Part shown: piece after piece, positions 15,878 through 26,687 of the stretch | Layout: each line of letters starts with the position of its first letter | Numbering within the stretch: the stretch's first letter is position 1 | Origin: Candidatus Peribacter riflensis | GTDB taxonomy: Bacteria > Patescibacteriota > Gracilibacteria > Peribacterales > Peribacteraceae | Direction: 5' to 3' | DNA length: 32,000 nt | Assembly (NCBI GenBank): GCA_001430755.1 | Contig: CP013062.1 | Span: forward strand, 810,001 to 842,000 | Notes under the pieces: model-generated | What the model saw: the letters and a program-made list of their open reading frames with translations, nothing else | Told to the model about the DNA's origin: nothing | Database searches by the model: none | Translations under genes and position numbers: made by a program

Positions 15878-16122
15878 GAACGGCCGTGGACCAGCTTTTC
15901 CTTCTCCGCCTTCGTCCACGTCTTCACCTGCGCCTCACGCCGGCGGGCTCCGCTCAGTGTTGAAAACCGCTCATGGTACACAAACCGGATGGGGCGGCGT
16001 GAGCGCGTGTACTTGGCCCCTTTACCTTCATTGTGCAGCTGTTCACGTTCCTTCAGGTCGATGCAGGAACCCGCATAGAGCGATCCGTCGGAGCAACGGG
16101 CCAGATAGAAGTAGTGGGGCAT
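15844..16122 (-). CDS. GIY-YIG nuclease family protein (YhbQ/UPF0213-like)
   Basis: YFYLARCSDGSLYAGSCIDLKEREQLHNEGKGAKYTRSRRP matches the GIY-(x)-YAG ... R ... E architecture. Its 3' end overlaps the rlmI 3' end by 34 nt (convergent). Confidence 0.85.
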   Translation of the reverse strand: MPHYFYLARCSDGSLYAGSCIDLKEREQLHNEGKGAKYTRSRRPIRFVYHERFSTLSGARRREAQVKTWTKAEKEKLVHGRSHSTHRRRDLR

Positions 16123-16170
16123 TGGCGAAAGTATATCCGATCAACGAAAATCGTCGCTGGGCGCAGCTTT

Positions 16171-16198
16171 AAAAAAAAGGCGCATCTTTCGACGCGCC
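16171..16198 (-). terminator. intrinsic terminator after the 117-aa secreted protein gene
   Basis: Minus strand reads GGCGC-GTCGAAAGAT-GCGCC followed by TTTTTTTT. Confidence 0.65.
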
Positions 16199-16230
16199 TC
16201 TCTCTCTCCGTGAAATGCGTATTTCAAAGC

Positions 16231-16584
16231 TCACCAACTGGCGCTGATCGTGCAGCGTATCGTCAGCGGGGGGTACGAAACCCTACAATCGATCTTGATC
16301 GCCAGGCTCTCGCCACCCATGGTGCCGGTTCCTGTGAGCCTCATGCGACGACCCGATGACTGGCCGGTTGCCTTATCCCACTTGATGGTGGCGCCTGTCT
16401 TCCTTTCGATCATCTGCTGGATTTCTTGTACGGAAGGCATGGGTTCCGTAGTTGCTTGTCTGGCAATGGTGCCGGACCGCTCAAGAACGTGCGGGACGAC
16501 AAAGGTCTTACCGAAAGCGACAGCCGGGACAACGACGAGAGCGCCGATGAGAAATAAATGAGCCGCAGAACGCATAGATCGCAT
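16231..16584 (-). CDS. small secreted hypothetical protein
   Basis: Signal peptide (MRS)MRSAAHLFLIGALVVVPAVAFG. An alternative start is the ATG at 16574, which sits 10 nt downstream of an AAATAT hexamer. Confidence 0.5.
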   Translation of the reverse strand: MRSMRSAAHLFLIGALVVVPAVAFGKTFVVPHVLERSGTIARQATTEPMPSVQEIQQMIERKTGATIKWDKATGQSSGRRMRLTGTGTMGGESLAIKIDCRVSYPPLTIRCTISASW

Positions 16585-16637
16585 ATATTTGTGGGAAGGA
16601 GTTAGGAGTCTTTTATGCTCCTTCTTCTACTTATCTT

Positions 16638-16654
16638 TGTAAAGTGAGTTTACA
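16638..16654. promoter_or_regulatory. perfect inverted repeat TGTAAA-N5-TTTACA (candidate HxlR operator)
   Basis: It abuts the -35 of the hxlR-type gene promoter in the divergent intergenic region. Confidence 0.45.
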
Positions 16655-16683
16655 TTGATAACAATATGAAGTTGTTGTACACT
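16655..16683 (+). promoter_or_regulatory. sigma70-like promoter TTGATA-17 nt-TACACT
   Basis: Hexamers read directly from the sequence. The -10 ends 23 nt upstream of the ATG at 16707. Confidence 0.5.
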
Positions 16684-16706
16684 GCGCAGAGCGTTCCCAA
16701 TCTGCC

Positions 16707-17081
16707 ATGAAACCGCCCAGGAACCCCCGGTCGTCCTGCCCGATCTCCTGCGTCATCGAAAAGCTCTCAAAGAAGTGGAATTTGCTGATCCTGGAGTCTT
16801 TCCGGAAAGGAAAGAAACTCCGCTTCTCGGAGATCATTGAAGAGCTCCCCACGATCAATTCCCGCATTCTCTCGCAACGACTCACTGAACTGGAGCGGGA
16901 AGGATTGATCGTCCGTACAGTGGCACAGGCAAAGCCGATCACGATCTCTTACGTCATCACTGAGAAAGGCATGGCTCTGCAGGATATTTTCGAACACTAC
17001 GCCGTCTGGGTGAGAACGTGGGGCATCGCGTCTGTTTGCCAGAACTGCTATGTCCTGAACAGGCCACAAAAACGCTCCTGA
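16707..17081 (+). CDS. HxlR family winged-helix transcriptional regulator
   Basis: CPISCVIEKLSKKWNLLILESFRKGKKLRFSEIIEELPTINSRILSQRLTELEREGLIVR is the canonical HxlR-type HTH. Size is typical at about 120 aa. Confidence 0.88.
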   Translation: MKPPRNPRSSCPISCVIEKLSKKWNLLILESFRKGKKLRFSEIIEELPTINSRILSQRLTELEREGLIVRTVAQAKPITISYVITEKGMALQDIFEHYAVWVRTWGIASVCQNCYVLNRPQKRS

Positions 17082-17252
17082 ATACCGATACGCAGCATCA
17101 AAGCCAATCTCAGCGTAGTTGCGAAGCAACGTAGAGAGATGGCATCCCGAAGAACTCGAATGGCAAACTCCGCACTTGATCCTATCTCAACAAATCATCG
17201 CGAAGACAAGCTACGCTTGTCTGGAGCGATACCACTGAGGGAAAAGGATGTC

Positions 17253-17285
17253 CGTGAAGGAAAAACCGTAGGTTTGTCCTTCACG
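17253..17285 (-). terminator. 15-bp stem-loop (one mismatch) downstream of the tRNA region
   Basis: Plus strand reads CGTGAAGGAAAAACC-GTA-GGTTTGTCCTTCACG. On the minus strand it is followed only by a short T4 run. The arm GAAAAACC/GGTTTGTC resembles the ends of the dispersed repeat. Confidence 0.35.
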
Positions 17286-17289
17286 AGAA

Positions 17290-17375
17290 TGGCAGCCTCA
17301 CGGGGAACCCGACTCCGTTCCTGCGGAAACTTCGCCGTGGCTTCGTCGAACCCCGATACATCACACATGAAAGCC
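17290..17375 (-). pseudogene. decayed copy of the tRNA-Glu 3' half with a 38-nt insertion in the T-loop
   Basis: An exact 18-nt repeat of the tRNA 3' end (TTCCCCGTGAGGCTGCCA, 17290-17307 versus 17424-17441). Next come 38 nt of GC-rich insert (17308-17345), then TCGAACCCCGAT (plus strand) matching the rest of the T-arm. A TTTCAT anticodon-loop remnant follows. No matching 5' acceptor or D-arm. Confidence 0.6.
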
Positions 17376-17423
17376 AATCGCGGCGTAGTCTCGGCGAAGC
17401 GTAGTGAGCCGGACGAAGCCGGA

Positions 17424-17498
17424 TGGCAGCCTCACGGGGAATCGAACCCCGATTACAGGAATGAAAATCCTGTGTCCTAACCGTTAGACGATGAGGCC
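17424..17498 (-). tRNA. tRNA-Glu (anticodon UUC), CCA encoded
   Basis: Folded by hand on the minus strand. Acceptor GGCCTCA/TGAGGCT, D-arm GTCTAACGGTTAGGAC, anticodon stem-loop CAGGA-TTTTCAT-TCCTG, variable loop TAATC, T-arm GGGG-TTCGATT-CCCC, then G-CCA. Collinear with E. coli tRNA-Glu. Confidence 0.9.
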
Positions 17499-17579
17499 GT
17501 AAGAGAATGAAAGAGCGAGGAAAGGGTATGGCAGAGCGTGAAAGAGCGCCAGTGGGCAGTGGCAGAAACAGGTAGAAAA

Positions 17580-17588
17580 TGCTATAAT
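17580..17588 (+). promoter_or_regulatory. extended -10 promoter element TGCTATAAT
   Basis: Consensus TATAAT with an upstream TGn. The -35 is weak. It lies 25 nt upstream of the ATG at 17614. Confidence 0.45.
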
Positions 17589-17613
17589 AGTGAGAAATAC
17601 CAATCACCTCCCT

Positions 17614-18000
17614 ATGGTCCTGCGCACCGCCCGAACGGCCTTCATCCTCGCCGGATTCGCCCTGCTCATCTCCACAGCCGGAGACGTGCACACACTCCTG
17701 GTGCGTGCCGATCTCACCGGACAGGGTTCAACCGTTCTCAAGCAGGAGGAACTCACGTCTCTGTCCACACTGGAACTGCGGCAGCACTTGAGCGCCCCCG
17801 AACTCAATAAGCGCAGCGTCTCGGCCGCTATCGCCCTCGGGAGCATCTTCCTCTTCCTCGGATTTGGACTGCACGCCTTCCTGGTGCGCAGAAAGAAGAC
17901 AGGTGAACAGGCTGTGCAGGTACACGCAGCGCCCGCACGCAGAGGACGCGATACCCGCAAGATGGACCGGTGGTTTTTATGGATGACAGTAAGAATGTAA
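17614..18000 (+). CDS. small membrane protein, hypothetical (128 aa)
   Basis: Two hydrophobic segments (AFILAGFALLISTAG and AAIALGSIFLFLGFGLHAFLV). The track start (GTG at 17590) sits 1 nt after the TATAAT hexamer, so the first ATG at 17614 is preferred. Confidence 0.45.
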   Translation: MVLRTARTAFILAGFALLISTAGDVHTLLVRADLTGQGSTVLKQEELTSLSTLELRQHLSAPELNKRSVSAAIALGSIFLFLGFGLHAFLVRRKKTGEQAVQVHAAPARRGRDTRKMDRWFLWMTVRM

Positions 18001-18112
18001 TAACACCTACCCGGATCACTCCTCCGGCAACAAGGGAATCATAGAGACTTTTTCCGAATCTCCTCTCCCCTTGGGAGAGGGTAGGGTGAGGGATTCCACA
18101 GGAACGCCATGT

Positions 18113-18143
18113 AAAAAAGGCGGATCCAAAGAGGAGAGCCGCC
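18113..18143 (-). terminator. intrinsic terminator after the Gly/Cys mini-ORF
   Basis: Minus strand reads GGCGG-CTCTCCTCTTTGGAT-CCGCC followed by TTTTTT. Additional inner pairs are possible. It starts 25 nt after the mini-ORF stop. Confidence 0.6.
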
Positions 18144-18168
18144 CTCTGATGGGGAGTGGTTCCGCGAC

Positions 18169-18225
18169 TTAGCAGCATCCGCAGCAGCCGCCACAACCAC
18201 CACCGCCTTTACCACCACCGAACAT
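18169..18225 (-). CDS. 18-codon Gly/Cys-rich mini-ORF: MFGGGKGGGGCGGCCGCC
   Basis: Hand-translated. It is the only ORF fully enclosed between the CIRCE-overlapping promoter and the terminator. No Shine-Dalgarno is present, and in GC-rich DNA this composition could arise by chance. The transcript may instead be a non-coding RNA. Confidence 0.3.
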   Translation of the reverse strand: MFGGGKGGGGCGGCCGCC

Positions 18226-18256
18226 AAGTGAGGGGGGAAGAAATGAGAACAGGCAC

Positions 18257-18285
18257 AGTCTACCAAAGAAGATTGGCACTCTCAA
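18257..18285 (-). promoter_or_regulatory. sigma70-like promoter TTGAGA-17 nt-TAGACT overlapping CIRCE
   Basis: Minus strand: -35 at 18285..18280 lies inside the CIRCE element, and -10 is at 18262..18257. Confidence 0.5.
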
Positions 18286-18299
18286 GTAGTGAGTGCTAA
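18273..18299. promoter_or_regulatory. CIRCE element (HrcA operator)
   Basis: TTGGCACTC-N9-GAGTGCTAA versus the consensus TTAGCACTC-N9-GAGTGCTAA: 17 of 18 positions match and the 9-nt spacer is exact. Confidence 0.8.
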
Positions 18300-18336
18300 A
18301 TTGTCTTGATTTCTCTGTAGAAGATGGGCAACGCGT

Positions 18337-19188
18337 TTAGAGCGGATGCTTCTTGCCCAAGCCATCTCTGTGGTACTTTCCGAACTCCGTGACCTGCCGG
18401 GCCAGATCGTTACTCACCACCGGACCATCGACGCACAGGCGGATGCCCAGTGCATCCACCGCGCAGTTGCCACAGAGACCGAACCCGCACTTCATGTACC
18501 GCTCCAGCGACAGCAGGCAGGGCACACCGGCTTTTGCAGTCATATCGGATACAGCGAGGAGCATGCGCTCCGGCCCGCAGGCGAATACCTGGTCAAACGC
18601 ACGAGCGGTTGACCCTGAGCGAAGTCGAAGGGTCTTTCCCTTGAGTAATTCTCTTAGAAGATCAACGTTGTATCCCTTGTGCCCCTGCGACCCATCGTCC
18701 GTCGCCACGTGGAGCGTGGTCCCCGGCAGAGAGCCAAACGCATCCAGATAGAGCAGATGCTCTTTGGATCTGGCGCCGATGATGACATCCAGAGTGCAAC
18801 CGTCTTGCACGGCCTTCGTGGCGGCGAAGAACATGGGCGCCGCGCCGTAGCCGCCCGCCACGAGGGCAAGGTGCTGCTTGGGCTTCCAGGTGTACTGCGT
18901 GCCGAAAGGACCGCGCAGCCCCACCAGATCCCCTTTCTTAAGCGCAGCCAGCTTCTTGGTGGTATCGCCGACGGCGAAGAACGTGATCTGGATTTTTTTA
19001 CCGTCATCGTTGGCCACGCTCATGGGCACTTCATCCACCCCCGGCACCCACACCATGATGAATTGGCCGGGCTGCGCCCCAAGTGACACGGCGAAGGTGA
19101 AGGTCTGCACGTGTTCCGTCTCTTTCTTCACGCTCGCAATGCGGTAGGTCACAGGCAGCCGGTGATTCCCGCAACAGCCGCAGCTCAT
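18337..19188 (-). CDS. pyrK: dihydroorotate dehydrogenase B electron-transfer subunit (FAD/2Fe-2S)
   Basis: Ferredoxin-reductase-like fold blocks (GQFIMVWVPG, LVAGGYGAAPMFF) and a C-terminal 2Fe-2S motif CGFGLCGNCAV...C. Start is the ATG at 19188, overlapping the pyrD stop (ATGA). Confidence 0.9.
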   Translation of the reverse strand: MSCGCCGNHRLPVTYRIASVKKETEHVQTFTFAVSLGAQPGQFIMVWVPGVDEVPMSVANDDGKKIQITFFAVGDTTKKLAALKKGDLVGLRGPFGTQYTWKPKQHLALVAGGYGAAPMFFAATKAVQDGCTLDVIIGARSKEHLLYLDAFGSLPGTTLHVATDDGSQGHKGYNVDLLRELLKGKTLRLRSGSTARAFDQVFACGPERMLLAVSDMTAKAGVPCLLSLERYMKCGFGLCGNCAVDALGIRLCVDGPVVSNDLARQVTEFGKYHRDGLGKKHPL

Positions 19189-20129
19189 GCGCAGGAGGAG
19201 GAAAGAGCCCGGTGCATGCCGCCGGTGAGCTCGGCGATGTCTTTGATTCCTTCCGCCTCGCACCAGGCAGTCATCTCTTCGCACACCAATCGGAACACCT
19301 CCGCCCCCCGGTAGGCAATGGCCGTACCGATGCCGATGAGTGAAGCTCCTGCGAGCAGGAACTCGATGGCGTCTTCTCCGGTCATGATGCCGCCCGTTCC
19401 GATGATCGGCTTTGTGCCACCCGTCGCCCGGTACACATCGGCGATGCAGCGCACCGCGATGGGCTTGATGGCGGGACCCGACAAGCCGCCGACTTTGTTG
19501 GCGAGGATCGGGAGGCGGCTGCGTAAATCGATCGCCATGCCCGGCCCTACGGTGTTGATGACTGTGAAACCGTCGGCGCCCGCCTTGGCGCACGCCGCAG
19601 CGATGGAACCGATGTCGTCGACATTGGGCGAGAGCTTGATGAAGACCGGCGTCTTGCCACTCACCGCCTTCACGGCCGTCGTGACCGCAGAGGCATCGCC
19701 CACAGAACAGGCAAAGGGCTTGCCGAACTCATCTTCCACGTTGGGGCAACTGATATTCACCTCAAGAAGATCGGGGGTGAGTTTTATAATTTCTGCAGCG
19801 GTCTTTCCGTAGTTTTCCACGGTATTCGCGATGATGTTTGCGATGAGGGGAACGGGCTTTTTCTTGTGATAGTCGCCGATCTCCTCGCGCGCCTTCTCGA
19901 TCCCCGCATCGGGCACGCCCACGGCATTCAATGTCCAGTGTTCCGTCGAAATGATCGTGGGGTTGGGATGCCCCTTGTGTTCCGTAAGCCAGAGGGACTT
20001 GGTCGTGATCCCCCCCGCCCCGTTTTCCGCGACCCGACGCCAGCTCGCTGCAGTGATGCCCCAGATGCCCGACGCGAGAACAGTGGGGTTTTGGAAGGTG
20101 ACCCCGCAGACTGTCTGGGAAAGATTCAT
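19185..20129 (-). CDS. pyrD: dihydroorotate dehydrogenase, class 1B catalytic subunit
   Basis: Blocks NPTVLASGIWG, GGITTKS, EVNISCPN (catalytic Cys), GLSGPAIKPIA and IIGTGGI, plus adjacency to pyrK. Confidence 0.93.
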   Translation of the reverse strand: MNLSQTVCGVTFQNPTVLASGIWGITAASWRRVAENGAGGITTKSLWLTEHKGHPNPTIISTEHWTLNAVGVPDAGIEKAREEIGDYHKKKPVPLIANIIANTVENYGKTAAEIIKLTPDLLEVNISCPNVEDEFGKPFACSVGDASAVTTAVKAVSGKTPVFIKLSPNVDDIGSIAAACAKAGADGFTVINTVGPGMAIDLRSRLPILANKVGGLSGPAIKPIAVRCIADVYRATGGTKPIIGTGGIMTGEDAIEFLLAGASLIGIGTAIAYRGAEVFRLVCEEMTAWCEAEGIKDIAELTGGMHRALSSSCA

Positions 20130-20191
20130 CGGCGCTCAGTATGCAGGAAACCGCTCTCGCGATCCAGCAGAACAGCCACTTCCCACTCCGT

Positions 20192-23684
<3,493 letters not shown>

Positions 23685-23685
<1 letters not shown>

Positions 23686-23717
23686 AAAAACACCGCCCGT
23701 CGGGGCGGTGTTCTCTT
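23685..23717. terminator. bidirectional intrinsic terminator
   Basis: A7 - CACCGCCC-GTCG-GGGCGGTG - TTCTCTT. It has a T7 run when read on the minus strand and a T-rich tail on the plus strand. It sits between convergent genes. Confidence 0.75.
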
Positions 23718-23736
23718 AAGACAATCTCGATGCTTC

Positions 23737-24189
23737 TCAGCGGAGCCGATTGGCGTCTTTGGTCATCTCGACGAGCGTGCGGCGGGTCACCTTCTGCACG
23801 CTGACAGCTTCCTCCCCGGTCTGGACGAGCGTGGGGGGCAGCACGAGCATGGACTCAGCATCCTCCCGGACGGACCGGCGCGTGGGGCGCTGATTCATCG
23901 GCAGCGGGTACTGCAGGCGTGCACCACGCAGGGAACGCAAGCGCGTGGTGATGCGGGAACGCGACAGGTTCGTGCGGCCAGTAACATCCTTCATGGTTTC
24001 CTTTCGCTCACGCAAGAGAATCTCTGTCTGCACCGTACCGAGAGGGATGCGCTGGTCGGCGCGGGTCTTATCCTCAAGCAGACGGCGGGACATGCGGCTC
24101 TCTACCCCCGGATCGCGCATGGCGAACACCGGCATTGCAAACGAGAGCAGCAACACAGCAGAAGTCGAAAGAGTGATCAGGCGCTTCAT
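23737..24189 (-). CDS. secreted Arg-rich hypothetical protein (150 aa)
   Basis: Start is placed at MKRLITLSTSAVLLLSFAMPVFA, a signal peptide. The longer track ORF would overlap the upstream YtxH gene. Confidence 0.45.
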   Translation of the reverse strand: MKRLITLSTSAVLLLSFAMPVFAMRDPGVESRMSRRLLEDKTRADQRIPLGTVQTEILLRERKETMKDVTGRTNLSRSRITTRLRSLRGARLQYPLPMNQRPTRRSVREDAESMLVLPPTLVQTGEEAVSVQKVTRRTLVEMTKDANRLR

Positions 24190-24298
24190 ACGTAAGATGG
24201 AAAGAGATGAAAGTGTCTCCAGCGTACTGTGGAGGGATGGCAAGTCAACCAGAAAGACGCCTGTCTGACAATAGACGATGGACACTACAAGTACCGGA

Positions 24299-24709
24299 CT
24301 ACAGAATCTTCCGGACCCGTGTCTGCAAGCGCCGTGCAGCACTCTGGGCACGCTTGGCCGCATGTTTGGTGACCTTACGCGCTCTCGATCCGGCACCCTT
24401 GGCGGCATCGCCTGCAACCTCTTCGGCACGGTCCACCATCTTCGTGAGTTCCTTGCGAGCCGTCTGGAAAGTTTCTTGGGCGTAGGTTTTCGCTTTCTTC
24501 CAATTGCGCTGCACATCCTCACTCTCGATCAGATCCTGTGCCTGGGCTGCCAGCTTCTTGCCGTCGTGCTGCAAATGCTTGCCGAGCAGGCGCGCTGCAG
24601 TCTCCGCATCTTTGGCGGAAGTGAGTTCCTCGCGCAGCTTCTTATTCGAGAAGAGATACCCCGCCATCGCCCCGCCGAGTGCGCCGATAAGAAGAGAAAG
24701 TTTTTTCAT
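24299..24709 (-). CDS. YtxH-like protein (N-terminal membrane anchor plus helical Lys/Ala-rich domain)
   Basis: MKKLSLLIGALGGAMAGYLFSNKK followed by a long amphipathic helical region, the typical YtxH architecture. Start is placed at the ATG at 24709. Confidence 0.65.
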   Translation of the reverse strand: MKKLSLLIGALGGAMAGYLFSNKKLREELTSAKDAETAARLLGKHLQHDGKKLAAQAQDLIESEDVQRNWKKAKTYAQETFQTARKELTKMVDRAEEVAGDAAKGAGSRARKVTKHAAKRAQSAARRLQTRVRKIL

Positions 24710-24809
24710 AAGTGAGAGAGGGAATGGGACGAAGTACGCAGTATACAGCATGGAGTATACAGGAAGAATGAAATCGCATCCCTGCATACGGTAGACAGCA
24801 TGCTGAATG

Positions 24810-26072
24810 CTATGCGAGCACTTTCCCAGCCGGTAGAACCTCTACCTTCCCCGTCCTCCGGTCCTTCACTTCCACTCCCCCCGCCTTCAGGCTCTTTAAG
24901 GAAACGACGACGCGGGTGGGAACGCCCAGAAGATCCGCATCGTTGAGCCGGGATCCCACCGAATCCCCCAGCCGGTCATCGAGCAGGCAGCTCACCCCCT
25001 TCTTCGAAAGCGAACGGTAGAGATCCTGCGCCACGGTGAAGGGCTCCTCCTGCTCATCTTTCGCCAACGGAACGATGAGCACCTGCGCTGGGGCGACGGA
25101 TGCGGGCCACACGAGTCCCGCTTTATCCGCGAAGGCCTCGGCGATGATGCCCATGAGCCGCGAAATGCCGATGCCGTAACACCCCATGAGAATCGGATGC
25201 ACGGCACCCTTCTCATCGTTGAACGTGAGCTTGAACGGTTCTGAGAACTTCGTGCCGAGCTTGAAGATATTGGCCGCCTCGCTGGCGCGCTCCTCGCGGA
25301 ATTCCTTGCCACCCGTGACGGGACAGACCGTCTTCTGCGCGTCGAAGATCTCGCGGTTCACCGCAATGCGCTTGCCCTGCTTCTCAGCCTCGATGCTGAC
25401 GAAGATGGCATCCTCCCCCTGAGGCAGGAGCACCTGGTACTCGTGGGAGTACGGCGAAAAGGAGCCACCCGAAGCGTAAGTGAGATAGGTGCGATCGGTG
25501 AGCTCCAGCCGCTGAAAAATCTTGTCGTACGCCCCCTGAACCTTCTCGTAGTACCGATCCAGGCACGCAGCGTCCGGGTGGAACGAATAGAGATCCTTCA
25601 TGAGAAATTCGCGTCCACGGAGGATGCCCGACTTGGCCCGGAGCTCATTGCGAAACTTCGTCTGGATCTGGTAGCAGCCGAAGGGCAGATCACGGTACGA
25701 ATGGACGAATTGGGCCACGAGCGGGACGACGATCTCTTCATGAGTGGGATTGAGGGCGTACTCCTGCTCCCCTGCAGCCGGCACATGGAAGAGTGGTTCG
25801 AAGACCTTCTTGTCCCACCGCCCCGTCTTCTCCCAATACTCGCGCGGAGCCAGTGCCGACATCAGCACCTCCTGCCCGCCGATGGCATCCATCTCTTCGC
25901 GGACGATTTGCTCGATCTTGCGCAGCACCGTGAGCCCCAGGGGCAGAAAGGAATACACGCCAGCCATCGTTTTGTTGATGAAACCGCCACGCGTGAGGAG
26001 CTCGGCATTGATACTCTTGGCATCGGCCGCGGCATCTTTGGAAGTGCGGGTGAAGAGGTGGGAGAGGAGCAT
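24810..26072 (-). CDS. proS: proline--tRNA ligase, short form lacking the INS editing domain
   Basis: Class II motifs RGREFLMKDLYSFH (motif 2) and GCYGIGISRL (motif 3), plus a C-terminal anticodon-binding domain. Only a short segment lies between motifs 2 and 3. Confidence 0.93.
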   Translation of the reverse strand: MLLSHLFTRTSKDAAADAKSINAELLTRGGFINKTMAGVYSFLPLGLTVLRKIEQIVREEMDAIGGQEVLMSALAPREYWEKTGRWDKKVFEPLFHVPAAGEQEYALNPTHEEIVVPLVAQFVHSYRDLPFGCYQIQTKFRNELRAKSGILRGREFLMKDLYSFHPDAACLDRYYEKVQGAYDKIFQRLELTDRTYLTYASGGSFSPYSHEYQVLLPQGEDAIFVSIEAEKQGKRIAVNREIFDAQKTVCPVTGGKEFREERASEAANIFKLGTKFSEPFKLTFNDEKGAVHPILMGCYGIGISRLMGIIAEAFADKAGLVWPASVAPAQVLIVPLAKDEQEEPFTVAQDLYRSLSKKGVSCLLDDRLGDSVGSRLNDADLLGVPTRVVVSLKSLKAGGVEVKDRRTGKVEVLPAGKVLA

Positions 26073-26148
26073 GAAAGAAGGGAACGACAGTATCTTACAC
26101 TACAAAACTGCCCGTCTTGGATCAAAGAAAACAAATCGCAAATCGTCC

Positions 26149-26571
26149 TTAACTGATCGCTATTCCCGCCATCGTTACCACGGCGCCAAACGCGATCCCC
26201 GCGAAGACTTCGGCGAACGAATGGCCGAGCGTCTCGCGGAGGCGATGGAAGCGCTGGAGCACATTCAGCACCCGCGCCTGCTCCCCCAGAACCGCCCGGA
26301 CCCCGATGGCGTCGTACCAGACGATGCAGGCAAGCACGACCGTGATAGCGAATTCAACGGAATCCGTTCCCATCTTGTGCCCCACCACGATGAGGAGCGA
26401 CATGACGAATGCGGAGTGTGTGCTGGGCATGCCCCCCTGCTGAAAGAGATGCCGGTGCCCGGCGCCGGACCGGAATTCCTCCACGATGAACTTCACGATC
26501 TCGGTGAGCACGAGCACCACCAGCGGGATGAGAAAGAGGTAGGTGCGGAGGAGGTCGCTAAAGGAAATCAT
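26149..26571 (-). CDS. divergent PAP2 / DUF212 family membrane protein
   Basis: GGMPSTHSAFV signature and a four-TM layout. Start is placed at the ATG at 26571. The upstream extension in the track ORF is the translated dispersed repeat. Confidence 0.8.
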   Translation of the reverse strand: MISFSDLLRTYLFLIPLVVLVLTEIVKFIVEEFRSGAGHRHLFQQGGMPSTHSAFVMSLLIVVGHKMGTDSVEFAITVVLACIVWYDAIGVRAVLGEQARVLNVLQRFHRLRETLGHSFAEVFAGIAFGAVVTMAGIAIS

Positions 26572-26619
26572 ATGCCAGGAGTATAAAGGAAATGGATCCG
26601 ATAGTGCATCCTGACAACT

Positions 26620-26687
26620 ATGGAGAGAAAAACCGGCTTGTCGGCCGTAGCCTTGGCGAAGGCTGAAGGTGTGTCTCTCATGAATCA
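26620..26687. repeat. dispersed palindromic repeat, copy 2 (short form)
   Basis: Reads ATGGAGAGAAAAACCGGCTTGTCGGCCGTAGCC-TTGGC-GAAGGCTGAAGGTGTGTCTCTCATGAATCA. It has the same ends as the copy at 9867-9968 but lacks the central 33 or so nt. It starts immediately after the nuclease gene stop. Confidence 0.8.

Noticed and set aside
17081-17498. A genomic island or prophage integrated at tRNA-Glu.
   Set aside because: The direct repeats of the tRNA 3' end are only about 120-340 nt apart and enclose no integrase, excisionase or cargo genes. At most they are relic att scars.
17139-17691. ORFs 17139-17480(+), 17195-17377(-) and 17281-17691(-), which span the tRNA-Glu region.
   Set aside because: They are translations of the tRNA gene, its decayed copies and the GC-rich repeats (peptides such as ...ASPRLRRDW...). 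They are not credible proteins.
18055-18100. The hairpin-containing motif CTCTCCCCTTGGGAGAGGGTAGGGTGAGGG considered as a terminator of the 17614-18000 gene or as a separate repeat family.
   Set aside because: The stem is short (7 bp) with a 3-nt loop and no U-run. There is only one copy in the window, so neither role can be supported here.
18337-19593. The 418-aa track ORF suggests a much longer PyrK. There are similar N-terminal extensions of pyrG (to 22689), DAHP synthase (to 6545), proB (to 5245), yhhQ (to 21028), the YtxH gene (to 24787) and the 23737 gene (to 24522).
   Set aside because: The extensions overlap the upstream gene or cross promoters and terminators, and they have junk-like composition. 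The conserved family N-termini begin at the internal ATGs chosen here (for example MSCGCCGNHRLPVTY for pyrK, with an ATGA overlap to pyrD).
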